Origin: Flectonema sp. DT1601
Taxonomy: Eukaryota
Reading direction: 5' to 3'
Assembly: GCA_964019425.1 (NCBI GenBank)
Contig: OZ025803.1
Span: 682,001 to 746,000, forward strand
DNA: 64,000 nt
The notes beneath the pieces are model-generated. The model was not told the origin of the DNA. It saw only the letters and a list, made by a program, of their open reading frames with translations, and made no database searches. Below, piece by piece: positions 17,772-28,821 of the stretch (positions within the stretch are counted from its first letter, which is position 1; every line of letters begins with the position of its first letter). The position numbers and the translations under genes are program-made.

Positions 17772-20700
17772 CTACTCTAAAGATATAATTCTATCACACG
17801 GTTGACGTGATGGGAATAATGCTACAGAAGATCGAGATCCCATCGGTCTTCGTGAAATACAATTTAGATCAACGAGAGGAGATGATAATCGCCGTTGACT
17901 CAGTCGGGTATCCATTGAAGCTCTTCTGCAGGATTGTCGACGATTTCGTAAACTATTTTGTTCAAGAAATTCTTCTTGTGCTGCTTGTTTTTCTTGCTTT
18001 AGTAGCAACCGTTCTTCTTTTAATCGCTCTTCTCTTAAAAGTTGTAATTCAGTTAGCGTTAGATTGTCTGACCGAGCTGCGGCTTTTAACTTCCCACCAC
18101 CACCACGTTTATCAACGTACGGAAATATGGTTGGTGATCGAGAGTCGGATACCTGAACTGAAGGTCGTCTACCAGATGATGATGGAAGGATACTCTTTTT
18201 CCAACTGTTCCACTGTCGCTCTGCTAGTTTAATACTCCAAATGAATGTTCGTTCCTTACGAAGCCATGTTTGGATATCTGATATTAATTTTAAATATTCT
18301 GATGGGTCGACAGTACCACACCAGTTGTCAACAAATTCGAAGACCAACATCGATAAACTTTCCTCATCTAAGAACCAATGTCCTCTGCTGTCAACTGACC
18401 AACTCTCTGCTAACTCGTTATTGGTTATTCTTTCACTTGATGCGATATTCGATATAATTACGCTGTTAAACCAAACATAAATTTGTTTATCAATAAAATG
18501 TGGATATCCCGGTGATTTCGGCAACAACGACCACACAGTTGTAATCCCCTCTCTTATATCCTTTCGGTGCCTTAAATTCATCCGAGCATTCAGTGCTTGC
18601 GGTGAAACCATTTCTAGATTTGCTTGCTTTCTGTAGCTGACATTGTTATTTTCTGTTTCGATACCTTCTTGTCCGAGATGCTTTAAGAGTTTTAACCGTA
18701 TGGAGTTCGCATGTTTTGTAGCTGCTGTTTCTTTTGCTTTTAATGCCCAATTATATATTATTTTTGGAATATGATTGGATTGTTTAGTAGCAGAGGGAGC
18801 TCCAAGAGATTCAAGTCGATTTCTAATTCGAGTGATGGCAACGTATGATTGTGATTCGAGATTTGATCGACAAATATTCCAAAGTCTAGTTCCCGGAGGT
18901 GAACGAACTGATTGCTGAACAGATGAAAAGACTGACGTTACTCTCCTTCTTGATAGACTTTCTGGAACTTTCGCATGAGCTTCTTGTAAGCAAGACATTA
19001 ATTCAGATACGTGACCCGATCCGAAAGTTGGACTTGTAGGACTTAAAGGAGAGAAAGTACAAAGTTTATGTTGATCACCTTTTACTAAGTGTGATGATGT
19101 TAACCATTTACAAAATCCCTCAACATCAATACAATAACCAGATCTATTCCTCGGACCACATTTACTTCTACCACCATATTTTGTTCTCAATGAGGCTGCA
19201 TCTTTAGATAGGTGAGTAGTGTAAGCAGACTCATCAGACCGAATACCAATAACTTCATAAAGTTCCATAAGAAGATGACAAGTATTAGAGTCAGTTACAC
19301 GATATCCACATGATCTAGTTAGATTATTAAAAGAAGAAGTGATGGACCTAATCACTTCTGGTTTGAAGAACTCCTTCAGGAGCTCTGTTACCTTCGCAAC
19401 AGAAACACCAGCACCAGTGTGAGTTTTTACTTTTTTAACCCGTTGTCGTTTATCCCACATTTGCACACCAGTACCCCATCCCAACGTTGAGCTACTACAG
19501 TCTGAGTCACTGTCTGAATCAAAAGGCTTAATCGAAGTTTGAGGAACATTTCTCTTCTCTCGAAGTGATGACACCTTTCGTTGAATGGGAGAATTTATAT
19601 CACAAAGTTCATTATTAGTTTCTGTAAACGAACTGCTAACTGCTGCATCAAAATCTCCAAATGGAGTTATCCCTGAAGAAGAATTGCGCAGACTGCTATT
19701 CGGAGTTCCAACATTGATATCGTCAGCATTACTAAGAACATAATTATTATTGTTAAAAGATGATTTGTTTTGTGTGATAGAAGTTCTAGATTGTAATGAT
19801 AAGGCATCACCTTTGAATGAAAAATTATCATCAAATCCGATTTGGCTGACTAACTTTGGAAGCCTCTTACTCAATCGATGAATTCTGTGACTAACTCGTC
19901 TGTTGTCGAATGATGTCTGTTGAGTACTTATTATAGAGTGATTTCTATTTTGTTTTGACAAAGTGCTGACCTTACTGTCACTCTCTTGAGGTGTAAAGCT
20001 ACTGTTTGAGGTATCACTCTCGTTTGATGACACGACGGTACTTTGCTCATTAGGTTCGCGTTGTGAAGTTGTCAAGTCCTGTTGACTTATCGCGTCTATC
20101 AACCTACCAAGAGATGATCTCATTCGTAAACAGTTTGAAGAGTGTGAACCTTCTTCTGTTTGTTCTTCTTGGCGATAGGACTGCTGTTCACAAACTGATG
20201 AGATGATCCGATCGTCATCATCAACGTCACTCATCTGGGATGTTGTCAAATTAGTTTTACTACTTTCATTACTATGACTGTTGCTGTTGATACGAGTGTT
20301 TGTATCATCACTTTGCGTATTTCTATTGAAATGATCACACCTGTTATTAGTATTGGAGTCACCTACAGCTTCACAAAGTTCATCATTATTGACATGTTGA
20401 CAATCATGGTGGGAACGTGAATCATCACCGCCTTCAGTTGATAAATTAACTTTCTGACTTCTATCAGAAGTCTCACTGTGATGAGAATCATCAGGTTCAG
20501 AGACGTCATCACACTTTGATTGTAATTTCGTACTAAACGATGAATTGCAATCTCCTATAATTAAATTACAATTAATATTTAATTCATTAGGTGAAGTATT
20601 CTGAGTATCGCTACTACTGCTATCAATTTTACGAGAGTTTGGAATGTAATGTACGACGTTGGTGTCATTCTCTAATAATTCTGGTGTTGATTTGATTTGT

Positions 20701-21185
20701 TTACTATATGAATTATTGTTGTATATTATTGATGATAATATTGGTGAATTTTCATTGCTACTAACACTCAGTCTGTGAACAGACGATGGAGTGTAGCCAC
20801 CAGACATCACTCCTGGTATTTCAATAAAATTTGCAATCGTTTTCGGTGAAATATTGTCGCTAACTTCATCAATCTGCTCACCATAGAGATGGTGAGCAAA
20901 GTTGATATTTTGTTGGTATGAATTACTTCGGTTGGGATACCAAGATTGCAATGCGATCGGATTTCCTAATACACCACGTTTGAGTGGGACCACTTCATTC
21001 TGTTCATTATAGTTGGGAAATAATACCTTTTGTTTTCGTCTGTTTGTTAGCATAAGCTCTTCGCAATCATCATTCCATTCTCCTTCTGTAAATACCCAGT
21101 TGCCTAAACCAGCTCGTACACTTGCTGACGTCGATATACATCCCAACTTCGATGACAAGGAAGTACTTCGATGTTTTCCAGACAT
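17772..21185 (-). CDS. Hypothetical protein, 1137 aa, mostly Ser/Asn-rich low complexity with a globular C-terminal region
   Basis: Long uninterrupted ORF co-oriented with its neighbours. The C-terminal part has an ordered-looking segment (WSVDSRG...VFEFVDNW) and a coiled coil. Confidence 0.8.
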   Translation of the reverse strand: MSGKHRSTSLSSKLGCISTSASVRAGLGNWVFTEGEWNDDCEELMLTNRRKQKVLFPNYNEQNEVVPLKRGVLGNPIALQSWYPNRSNSYQQNINFAHHLYGEQIDEVSDNISPKTIANFIEIPGVMSGGYTPSSVHRLSVSSNENSPILSSIIYNNNSYSKQIKSTPELLENDTNVVHYIPNSRKIDSSSSDTQNTSPNELNINCNLIIGDCNSSFSTKLQSKCDDVSEPDDSHHSETSDRSQKVNLSTEGGDDSRSHHDCQHVNNDELCEAVGDSNTNNRCDHFNRNTQSDDTNTRINSNSHSNESSKTNLTTSQMSDVDDDDRIISSVCEQQSYRQEEQTEEGSHSSNCLRMRSSLGRLIDAISQQDLTTSQREPNEQSTVVSSNESDTSNSSFTPQESDSKVSTLSKQNRNHSIISTQQTSFDNRRVSHRIHRLSKRLPKLVSQIGFDDNFSFKGDALSLQSRTSITQNKSSFNNNNYVLSNADDINVGTPNSSLRNSSSGITPFGDFDAAVSSSFTETNNELCDINSPIQRKVSSLREKRNVPQTSIKPFDSDSDSDCSSSTLGWGTGVQMWDKRQRVKKVKTHTGAGVSVAKVTELLKEFFKPEVIRSITSSFNNLTRSCGYRVTDSNTCHLLMELYEVIGIRSDESAYTTHLSKDAASLRTKYGGRSKCGPRNRSGYCIDVEGFCKWLTSSHLVKGDQHKLCTFSPLSPTSPTFGSGHVSELMSCLQEAHAKVPESLSRRRVTSVFSSVQQSVRSPPGTRLWNICRSNLESQSYVAITRIRNRLESLGAPSATKQSNHIPKIIYNWALKAKETAATKHANSIRLKLLKHLGQEGIETENNNVSYRKQANLEMVSPQALNARMNLRHRKDIREGITTVWSLLPKSPGYPHFIDKQIYVWFNSVIISNIASSERITNNELAESWSVDSRGHWFLDEESLSMLVFEFVDNWCGTVDPSEYLKLISDIQTWLRKERTFIWSIKLAERQWNSWKKSILPSSSGRRPSVQVSDSRSPTIFPYVDKRGGGGKLKAAARSDNLTLTELQLLREERLKEERLLLKQEKQAAQEEFLEQNSLRNRRQSCRRASMDTRLSQRRLSSPLVDLNCISRRPMGSRSSVALFPSRQPCDRIISLE

Positions 21186-21605
21186 ACTCCTCGCTGGGTC
21201 CGCATAACTAGAAAACTTAGTTAGCAGAGCATCTCATATTCTTGCTTTACTTACACTTTTCTTGGCTGGAAAAAAAAAAAAAAAAAAAAATTTTACTTGA
21301 AAGGATTTCAAAACGCTCATGGCCACAATTGATTCCGAACTCCATTATTTTTTTTATTATTCTTATTTGATGTGTATAATGTGTATGTTATCTAAAAACA
21401 TTTAGGGGGGTTTGTTTTAGTACAGAATAACATAAAACCACGATTTCAACCTCCTTGACACTCGTACCCGACACAACTTATAAAATGAGAACTAGATAAG
21501 AAGCCTTAAAAAAAAAATAACTTTCGAATCACTGAACAGATGATTTTTTTTCATTATCATACAACACAAACCAGTAATAAATATCTGGATGTTCGTAACA
21601 AGGAG

Positions 21606-22742
21606 CTATCCCAATACAGGACCAAGGGAGTGCTCATGAATTCGTATCTCAGCGATTGATGGAAGCCCTCTTTGTTTAAGTGCGTGTCTCTGAACAGCTT
21701 CTTCAAATTGATGTATTTGACCCATCTGTACTAAGGCACCAAGAGTATCCGTGTAGCCAGGGTTACCAGAAATACTACGTAGTTCACCACCTTGGGCATA
21801 GAAAGCATAATCCATGCTGCCGTCCTCCATAAAATAAAATATCAACACAGCAATAAAAGCAGCCATTCCAACAGCTGAGAAGTATGTATTTAGCATATTC
21901 GACGCGCGAACATCTTCGTTTTGTCTGATGTAAGCTGCTTCTGTTTCATTAAATTTTAGAGGCATCCATTTGTTGACACTCTGCATGACGGCGTCTTGAA
22001 CTGTCACTCGTCGGAGATCGCGTGCTGCTTGTACTTGAAGTTCTGAGTGATAGTGAGAGAGATTTCTCTCGTGGAGTAGGACTTCCTTTTCAAGTAATCG
22101 AAGTTCACGTTGCTCATCGTACAGTCTTCCTGGGTATTTATCGTAAATTGATTGACGTGTAGCATCAAACTCAGGTAGTCGATCTAAAGCAAAGTGTAAT
22201 TGCATATGTTCTGGTAGCTCTGCTGGAGTAGATGAGATGTAATCATTTTCTCTACCGTAGTTGGTTACTTCATTCTTCATGTTCCTCTCAAATCCGTATA
22301 TCGATTTCGATTTTCCTCCAGGAACTGCAACTGCGGCAGGGCTGACACCTCCCCAGGATCCAGACTTTGATTCTTTAACTAATTCTTTAAAAGGATTATG
22401 TTTCATCATGTGAGATCCTCCGTCACTGAAATCTAACACGTCACCTTCTTGATGAGCAGTTGGGTCACTCGGAGGGTTATATTTATATACGATTTCTGAA
22501 GTTCCGTCAGCGTTTGTCGTCGATACCACATGATTCTTACCGTACTTCGCAAGTAGTAGTTCATCTCTAGTCATTTTTTTATCTATCGCAGTATTTGATG
22601 AGGGAAGTGGATTTCCTTTTGTTATTATACCCTCTGGGTTCCGTGATTCAGGCATCGCTTGAGTAGATTTATTTTTAGAAGTCTCATCATGTGGTCCACC
22701 AGCACACCACCTACGGAGCAGCGCACGCCTACCTAATTGCAT
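21606..22742 (-). CDS. Hypothetical single-pass membrane protein, probably mitochondrial
   Basis: 378-aa ORF with an Arg/Leu-rich, acid-free N-terminus (MQLGRRALLRRW) and one TM segment (YFSAVGMAAFIAVLIFYFM). Confidence 0.8.
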   Translation of the reverse strand: MQLGRRALLRRWCAGGPHDETSKNKSTQAMPESRNPEGIITKGNPLPSSNTAIDKKMTRDELLLAKYGKNHVVSTTNADGTSEIVYKYNPPSDPTAHQEGDVLDFSDGGSHMMKHNPFKELVKESKSGSWGGVSPAAVAVPGGKSKSIYGFERNMKNEVTNYGRENDYISSTPAELPEHMQLHFALDRLPEFDATRQSIYDKYPGRLYDEQRELRLLEKEVLLHERNLSHYHSELQVQAARDLRRVTVQDAVMQSVNKWMPLKFNETEAAYIRQNEDVRASNMLNTYFSAVGMAAFIAVLIFYFMEDGSMDYAFYAQGGELRSISGNPGYTDTLGALVQMGQIHQFEEAVQRHALKQRGLPSIAEIRIHEHSLGPVLG

Positions 22743-22819
22743 TGTTTATGATTTCTGTGAAGGAAAGAGTTCGATAAAACTTATCTGTCTTTTTACCCAA
22801 TAAACAGATCGGTACATTT

Positions 22820-23790
22820 CCGTGTTGCAAAACATGATATCAGTTATTCAATATCATAGTGACGAGCTACAATAACCTGATTGAGAATATATGAATAACA
22901 ATGTTGTTACGTAACCAGTAAGAGATTACTTTAGAGAGGGAAGCACCCTTACGTAATGCCTTTCCTAAGATAGATCGATTCCGAAGGAAGTTTTTTTTTA
23001 ATTCCGAACTACTCGCGGAAACAAAACAATTTGGGTAGAAAAAAAGCCTGGTGCGTAAAATAAAAAGTTCCGATATTTGACTGGGTATAAAGAAAAAGGC
23101 GATGGAAATCGACAGCAAAACAGGAGAACGAGAAGACTTTCAAGTTCCCCACTAGCAAAATAAAGAAAGGCATTCCTTTCCTGGGCGGTGTTTTTTATCA
23201 TCAATAACGGGTACCTAGAGTGATACTTCTTTTAAAAGAGAAACTTACAATTGCGAGTTCCAAAAATGTCAAACTCGCATGACGTGGGCATTGCAGGTGC
23301 TGCAACATAGATAGTTCAGATGTAACGAACTTTAGCTCTTGTAGTCTGCGAACTATCGTCCCTAAAGCGATTAGATCTCAAATAAGAGTTCGCCACTTCG
23401 AATCGGTCTTTGGCGAAGTGATACGGGATTGCAGATCACCGTGAATAGTGGAAGTGACACTTTATAGCAAAGTTCATCTTCCCGTTTTTTTTTTTAAAAA
23501 AAAAATACATATAAAAAGGTTGCAAAGTTTTTTCGAAAAGAAAATGTATAAGTACCTTCACCAAGCAGAATACAAGTCTAAACATTACTTCCACGAAAGT
23601 TCCAAATCTTGGGTCTAAAGCGAGTGACAATACCAAAAGAGAAAATCAAGTTGGGTGTAAAATATAAGATAAGGGGTAGAGAAATAGAACAAGCTCCGAA
23701 CTGATGCTTATCTCGTAGACAAAAAAGGGAGTTAAATCGTCTCCGGGGGTTAGAATAATAAGAGTAACAAAACCATTCACCGTACCAAAG
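22820..23790. repeat. Diverged paralogue of the spacer between the receptor genes (29283-30258 and 34917-35892)
   Basis: Shared collinear blocks, e.g. gttattcaatatcatagtgacgagctac, gagattactttagagagggaagcacccttacgtaatgcc and gggagttaaatcgtctccgggggttagaataataagag. Confidence 0.85.
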
Positions 23791-25020
23791 CTGCAACTAT
23801 GAAAGTTAGTCAGACTCTCAAAAACTTTAACTGAGGAAACGTAACCGGGATCTGGTTTTACCTCCATTTTACAATTTGAATTTAAAAAAAAAAAATCTCC
23901 ATTTGTGAGGAGAAATAGGTTTTTTCCTCTCAACTAGGCCACAATTACATTTCGTATCTGGGGAGCAAAGAGGCAGGGAAGCAGGTGGGTTGCCATGGTA
24001 TTTAGGTCTGATCCCAGAGATGTTTATTTCTTAGGAGTGAAGACGCAATTATCAAGGCATTTGACCCTGCCCTCTTTCCCCCCTTATTTATTTTTTCCAC
24101 TTCCCTAGGGGAATATTGATACTGCATCTCAAGATGCATCAATTTTATGAAAATAAAAAAGAGAATGAGAACTAGGCTCCAAAAGACGAGAAAACTGTTC
24201 CAAAAAGTGTGGACCAGATGATCATTTTGTTTGCATTGACGATTATGTTACGTGTGTAATAATTGAATTGTTGTTTTTTTTATCTTTTAAAAACAATGCG
24301 ATAAAAAAAAGAAAAGAAACATGAATTAAAAAAATTTAAAAAAAAAAAGGGAGAATGCGGCGATCAACTTTTTGGGTCTGATAATACGGCAAACAAATTT
24401 CCTAATCCAAGTCCAAGATGTGATCACAGCCAAGCATACAGACAACTGTTGAAAACAGGGGAGTCTTCGCAAAATAACATGCAACATGAACAACACAATA
24501 TTATAACCCAACCAAGGGTGAGGACGATTAAACGGGTACCAAACTTGTACTTTTTTTATCAACTTTAGTTGATTTTCAATAAGGTGTTCTACCGGAGTCC
24601 GTCTCCATTGCTAGGCCACTGAATCTGAGATGTAAGCAGCTCTTTCAACAAGAAAATCAATCTCCTTACTACACGACAGTCTCATGTGTAAATATTTTTC
24701 AGGTGACCCCCAATAGGGGAACATCTTGTCACCTCAAAATTAGGGAACTCCGAAAGTTGAACAACAACAAAAAAAAAACGGTCAAAAAGATGACTGGGTA
24801 ATTGGCTAAAAAGTCTACCGAGCCGACAAAGGTTTCACTATAAGTCCTTTTAGCAGTTTAGTGACTAGGTGTAAAATTGAAATTAAAAAACAACAAACAC
24901 CTCTTAAAGTAAATAAATATTACCAGGGTGGAGGAACCGTCATCATATCCAAAAGCGGAGGAGTAACACATTCAAGTAGAATGCAATAAGAATCAGGGAG
25001 AGAAGAAAAAACTTTCTTTT

Positions 25021-28000
25021 TTACAATAGCTCAAGCAGTTTTGACCTCTCATCTACAAAGTTAGCATCCCTGATGAGCGCTTGGACGATGAAATTACTGA
25101 TTTTTGGTATCTGGAGATCCTTAACTTCCTTTGGATCATTTACAATGAGCGAATCAACGTATTCCAATACAGGCTCTTGAGACGCCGCTAAATTGTACAT
25201 CCACTCTCCGCCAAGGTCTTCCTTACAACTGACAATCTCGTAGATAAGGGTTGGCTTCACAGAAGTATTCTCAAACAGAATCCTAGTAACGATATTCATG
25301 TGAAAGTGTACCTCTTCTACTCTGAACTTTCCGTCGGCAAGAATGCTCGTATCAAACTTTTTATTCAGACGCATGAGAGCAAATGATCCAGAAATGCAGT
25401 CACCAATAATGGCAAATTTCTTCATTCCGATAACACCCATGTTGCCAACACGGCAACTTGAAGATGAGCAACCCGCTTGTATCGCAAGGTTCTTGTTACC
25501 AACTAAATGAACAGCTGCTTTTAATGCGTTTTGTTTATGAATAGAACAGTTCATTACAGCATTCCAAGAGATACAGATCCTATCACCAGTGAATGACTCA
25601 GGAATACCTTTAAATTGCTTCACAGTTGTCAACGTGTGATTTAAGTACTCTGTGTGAGTGCTTATCAAGATTTGTTCATCTAACTTCCTAAAGCCAGACA
25701 GATTGATGGTTACTATGGAGACAGCTTTATTTTTTAATTGACCCACTTGAAGGTGAGCAAGTCTTCCTGCGTTATTTGAATGCATGGAATTACTAGTCTT
25801 GCTTTTTTCACTCTTTCCTGCCGAAGAGGAATCTTTTGTACCAATCACACCCGAGCCCGCGCCGCTTTTTTCTTCTTCCGACGAGTCGACCAATAGAGAA
25901 GATGGCATGTAGTTACGATACTCTTGAAGTGTTTTAATAATCTTCAAGAAAGCTTTTTGAATCTTATTCGGATTCTGAAGCCCCGACAGGTACGATACCT
26001 CCTCTAGCCTCATCCATGCTATCGCTTCAGCACACTCTTCTGCAATCTTGTTGTTGTTGTACAACGCCGCCATCTTCCTACGCTGCTTCGTACTGAACCA
26101 AAACCCAACCAATCCTGCTATTACAATCACCGCACCGATGATCCCAAATATCCAAAACGGAAACTTCTTCTTCAACTTACAACCTCGAACATTATAAGAC
26201 ATCGCTTGGTTCAAAGTACTCCCGCTGACTATCGCAAAGGAATCCATGTACTGCGTCTGAAGGTTCGTACACAACGCTTCATCTGCCCTGTAGGTAGCTT
26301 CAGGGAATGTGATGATTGAATACTTGCTCAGCGTTTTCCCACCCGATACCAACTTTCCAAACTTCGGAGCGCTAGTCACTTGCCAAGGACCGGTGCCTTT
26401 GAAGGCGATTCTGTTCGATGCTCCTTCCTTGCCCTCCAACGTCGCTGTGTTCTCAGCTGCTGCAGCTGTAACATCGATGTGTGTGAAGTAGGACTCAGTT
26501 CGACGGAAACGGTTGCCCGGGCAGTCAGTCAACTTAAATTCGAAAGTATCAACTCCCGTAAAACCGTTCTCAGGAACATAAACGACACTACTATTGGGAG
26601 GAATATATCCCGTGTTGGGATCTATCGATCCGACAATGAGGAAAGCATCGATCTCATTCCAACCAGGAGTGTTGCAGGTGTCTAACTCGACGATCAGCTC
26701 GTCAGCGAAGTACCACGTGCTGCACATTCCCGGAGGCTTCTGAATCAAGTACTCATCAGGTATCACTGGTACATTGTGATCTCCCGCATACAATCGCTTC
26801 CAAGTATTGGTTGTGTTGTCTTTCGTCCGCAGTCCCACAACACTGCCAACTCCAACGGTTTCAAATGTATAAATATGTTTGATGTAAATCGGAACATCCC
26901 ATTTGACGTGAATAAATTCCGTCCAAAATAGATCCCCATTCCCACTATCAACACAATTAACAGCAGTCAATGGTGCCCATGCCAAGTCGCTATCTCCGAA
27001 CCTCTTGTCTTTCACAGGCGGTCCCAGGGCTTGAAGGGCCCCCCACCTATGATTAGGACCTTGGTACTCACTTGAGAAATTCAGTAAAGTCGTCGCATAC
27101 TGCTCCAACTCATCCACACCAGCCGCTGTTTTCGTCAGCTTTCGGATCTTGTTCCCAACTTTATCCGTCAGCCACAAGTCCCCATGTTTTGGTGTTGACA
27201 TTAATTCGATAATAGGATCATCACCATCGAAGTCCAGTACTTTGTAATTTAATAATACTTCAGTGTCTTGAGTTGTTGTGAAGTTTACTTTACCATCTTC
27301 CAACTCAGGCAGATCGTTAGAAGCTGGAACCTGAATGTAAACAGTCGCTTGCGGGAGTTGTTTTATCGCATCCATGTCGTTGAAACGCGCCTTGTCCACC
27401 ACTGCATAGTCAAAATCCGTGTATCGAATGCTGTATTCATTGGGAAGTGGCTCAAACAGTAGCGAAGTCCAACCACCAGCTCCATCAGCCGTAACTACGA
27501 ACGAGTAGGGTTCAGTGATTTCACCCGCAACGACGTCGGGGAATAACCAAGCTGATTTGGTGTTACTTTGTTGATAATAGAGTTTTCCCCGGGAAGGAAG
27601 TCGGGTGATTACGATAACTGTTTCCACAGCATCAGGGTTGTCGTACTGCTCTTCCAAAACTACATCACCATCAATAACCTTCGAGTCTTCAGGAATAACT
27701 ACTATCAAGTCACGTGGAACTAACGGAGGACTGTATTTCAGAGTAATCGTTTGAACCTCTACTCCAACTCGAAATGTCATCGTCTGGCGAGCTCCAACCG
27801 TCGCACTCATCCAGACGGGTCCCACGTAAATCACATTTGTTGTCACTGTCTGTCCCACAACTACCAACGTGTTCGTTCCCTCGACGAACAATTCACCCGC
27901 CGACAAACTGGTAATTATGTAGCCGCCAGTATCTGTTAGATCACGGATATCAATCAACGTCTTCACATTTGGAGCTACGTGAATTGTTAATCCAATACCA

Positions 28001-28821
28001 CGACAGCGAGCCCCAGAGTATCCCCATATTGTCTTAAGTTCACCCTTGAATGATTCGTGGTCGTAAGCCATCATAAGTTTAGGATCAACTGTTACCGATC
28101 CGAAATAGAAAGCCCAAGAAGGCCGTCCTGTCACAAGCTCACGTGATGAGTAACCAGTCCCTTCATCGAAATTCCAAGCAGACAAGAGATCCGCCTCGCG
28201 ACCTGTGACAGCATGGGACATGTGATACTTGATTTCGTCAACAGTCAGAGCCTTATTCCAAATTCTCAAGTTGTCGTTCATCCCAGGACTCATCTGTGGG
28301 GGTACGAATCCACTTAAGAATGCATCCTGATCACCCCCAAGGACCATAGACCATGGTACGTAGCGAGACATTGTTTTCGAAAATTCTGTTGTGGGAGGTG
28401 TTCCCTGATACTTACCATTGACGTAGATGTTGACCTTAGGTTCGGGTATTGTGAAGTCCGCCACTGCAGCGTAGTGAATCCACCGACGTTCTTTATTGAA
28501 CTCATCAACACCCTCGTAAAGGATGAACTCTTCAGTGTGCCAATTGAGCAAACTTGCTCTCCCAAAGATGAAGAGATTGTCATCACCTTCAACCGCCACT
28601 GAAAGAACACATCCCTGATAGTCTGCTTGAGATCTTTCAAACCAAGCCCAAAATTCGATGGTGTATTTGTCTGATCGGGCCTCAGCAATACCTGTCCACG
28701 GATACGAATAAGCGAAACTGCTGCCCAGTGCATTACCAGGCAGGTATATTGATCCTCCAGCACCAAACTGTCCAACAATTACTTCTGCGAACAACAACAG
28801 CAGCAGTATTTGGGTTTTCAT
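25021..28821 (-). CDS. Receptor-type protein, copy 1: signal peptide, LamG/pentraxin-like domain, Ig/cadherin-like repeats, galactose-binding-like domain, TM, degenerate class III nucleotide cyclase
   Basis: MKTQILLLLLF signal; YTIEFWAW...WIHYAAV...DNLRIWNKAL...WNFDEG; YVPENGFTGVDTFEF; TM FWIFGIIGAVIVIAGLVGFWF; cyclase-like FTGDRICISWN and RVGNMG..FAIIGD. Confidence 0.85.
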   Translation of the reverse strand: MKTQILLLLLFAEVIVGQFGAGGSIYLPGNALGSSFAYSYPWTGIAEARSDKYTIEFWAWFERSQADYQGCVLSVAVEGDDNLFIFGRASLLNWHTEEFILYEGVDEFNKERRWIHYAAVADFTIPEPKVNIYVNGKYQGTPPTTEFSKTMSRYVPWSMVLGGDQDAFLSGFVPPQMSPGMNDNLRIWNKALTVDEIKYHMSHAVTGREADLLSAWNFDEGTGYSSRELVTGRPSWAFYFGSVTVDPKLMMAYDHESFKGELKTIWGYSGARCRGIGLTIHVAPNVKTLIDIRDLTDTGGYIITSLSAGELFVEGTNTLVVVGQTVTTNVIYVGPVWMSATVGARQTMTFRVGVEVQTITLKYSPPLVPRDLIVVIPEDSKVIDGDVVLEEQYDNPDAVETVIVITRLPSRGKLYYQQSNTKSAWLFPDVVAGEITEPYSFVVTADGAGGWTSLLFEPLPNEYSIRYTDFDYAVVDKARFNDMDAIKQLPQATVYIQVPASNDLPELEDGKVNFTTTQDTEVLLNYKVLDFDGDDPIIELMSTPKHGDLWLTDKVGNKIRKLTKTAAGVDELEQYATTLLNFSSEYQGPNHRWGALQALGPPVKDKRFGDSDLAWAPLTAVNCVDSGNGDLFWTEFIHVKWDVPIYIKHIYTFETVGVGSVVGLRTKDNTTNTWKRLYAGDHNVPVIPDEYLIQKPPGMCSTWYFADELIVELDTCNTPGWNEIDAFLIVGSIDPNTGYIPPNSSVVYVPENGFTGVDTFEFKLTDCPGNRFRRTESYFTHIDVTAAAAENTATLEGKEGASNRIAFKGTGPWQVTSAPKFGKLVSGGKTLSKYSIITFPEATYRADEALCTNLQTQYMDSFAIVSGSTLNQAMSYNVRGCKLKKKFPFWIFGIIGAVIVIAGLVGFWFSTKQRRKMAALYNNNKIAEECAEAIAWMRLEEVSYLSGLQNPNKIQKAFLKIIKTLQEYRNYMPSSLLVDSSEEEKSGAGSGVIGTKDSSSAGKSEKSKTSNSMHSNNAGRLAHLQVGQLKNKAVSIVTINLSGFRKLDEQILISTHTEYLNHTLTTVKQFKGIPESFTGDRICISWNAVMNCSIHKQNALKAAVHLVGNKNLAIQAGCSSSSCRVGNMGVIGMKKFAIIGDCISGSFALMRLNKKFDTSILADGKFRVEEVHFHMNIVTRILFENTSVKPTLIYEIVSCKEDLGGEWMYNLAASQEPVLEYVDSLIVNDPKEVKDLQIPKISNFIVQALIRDANFVDERSKLLELL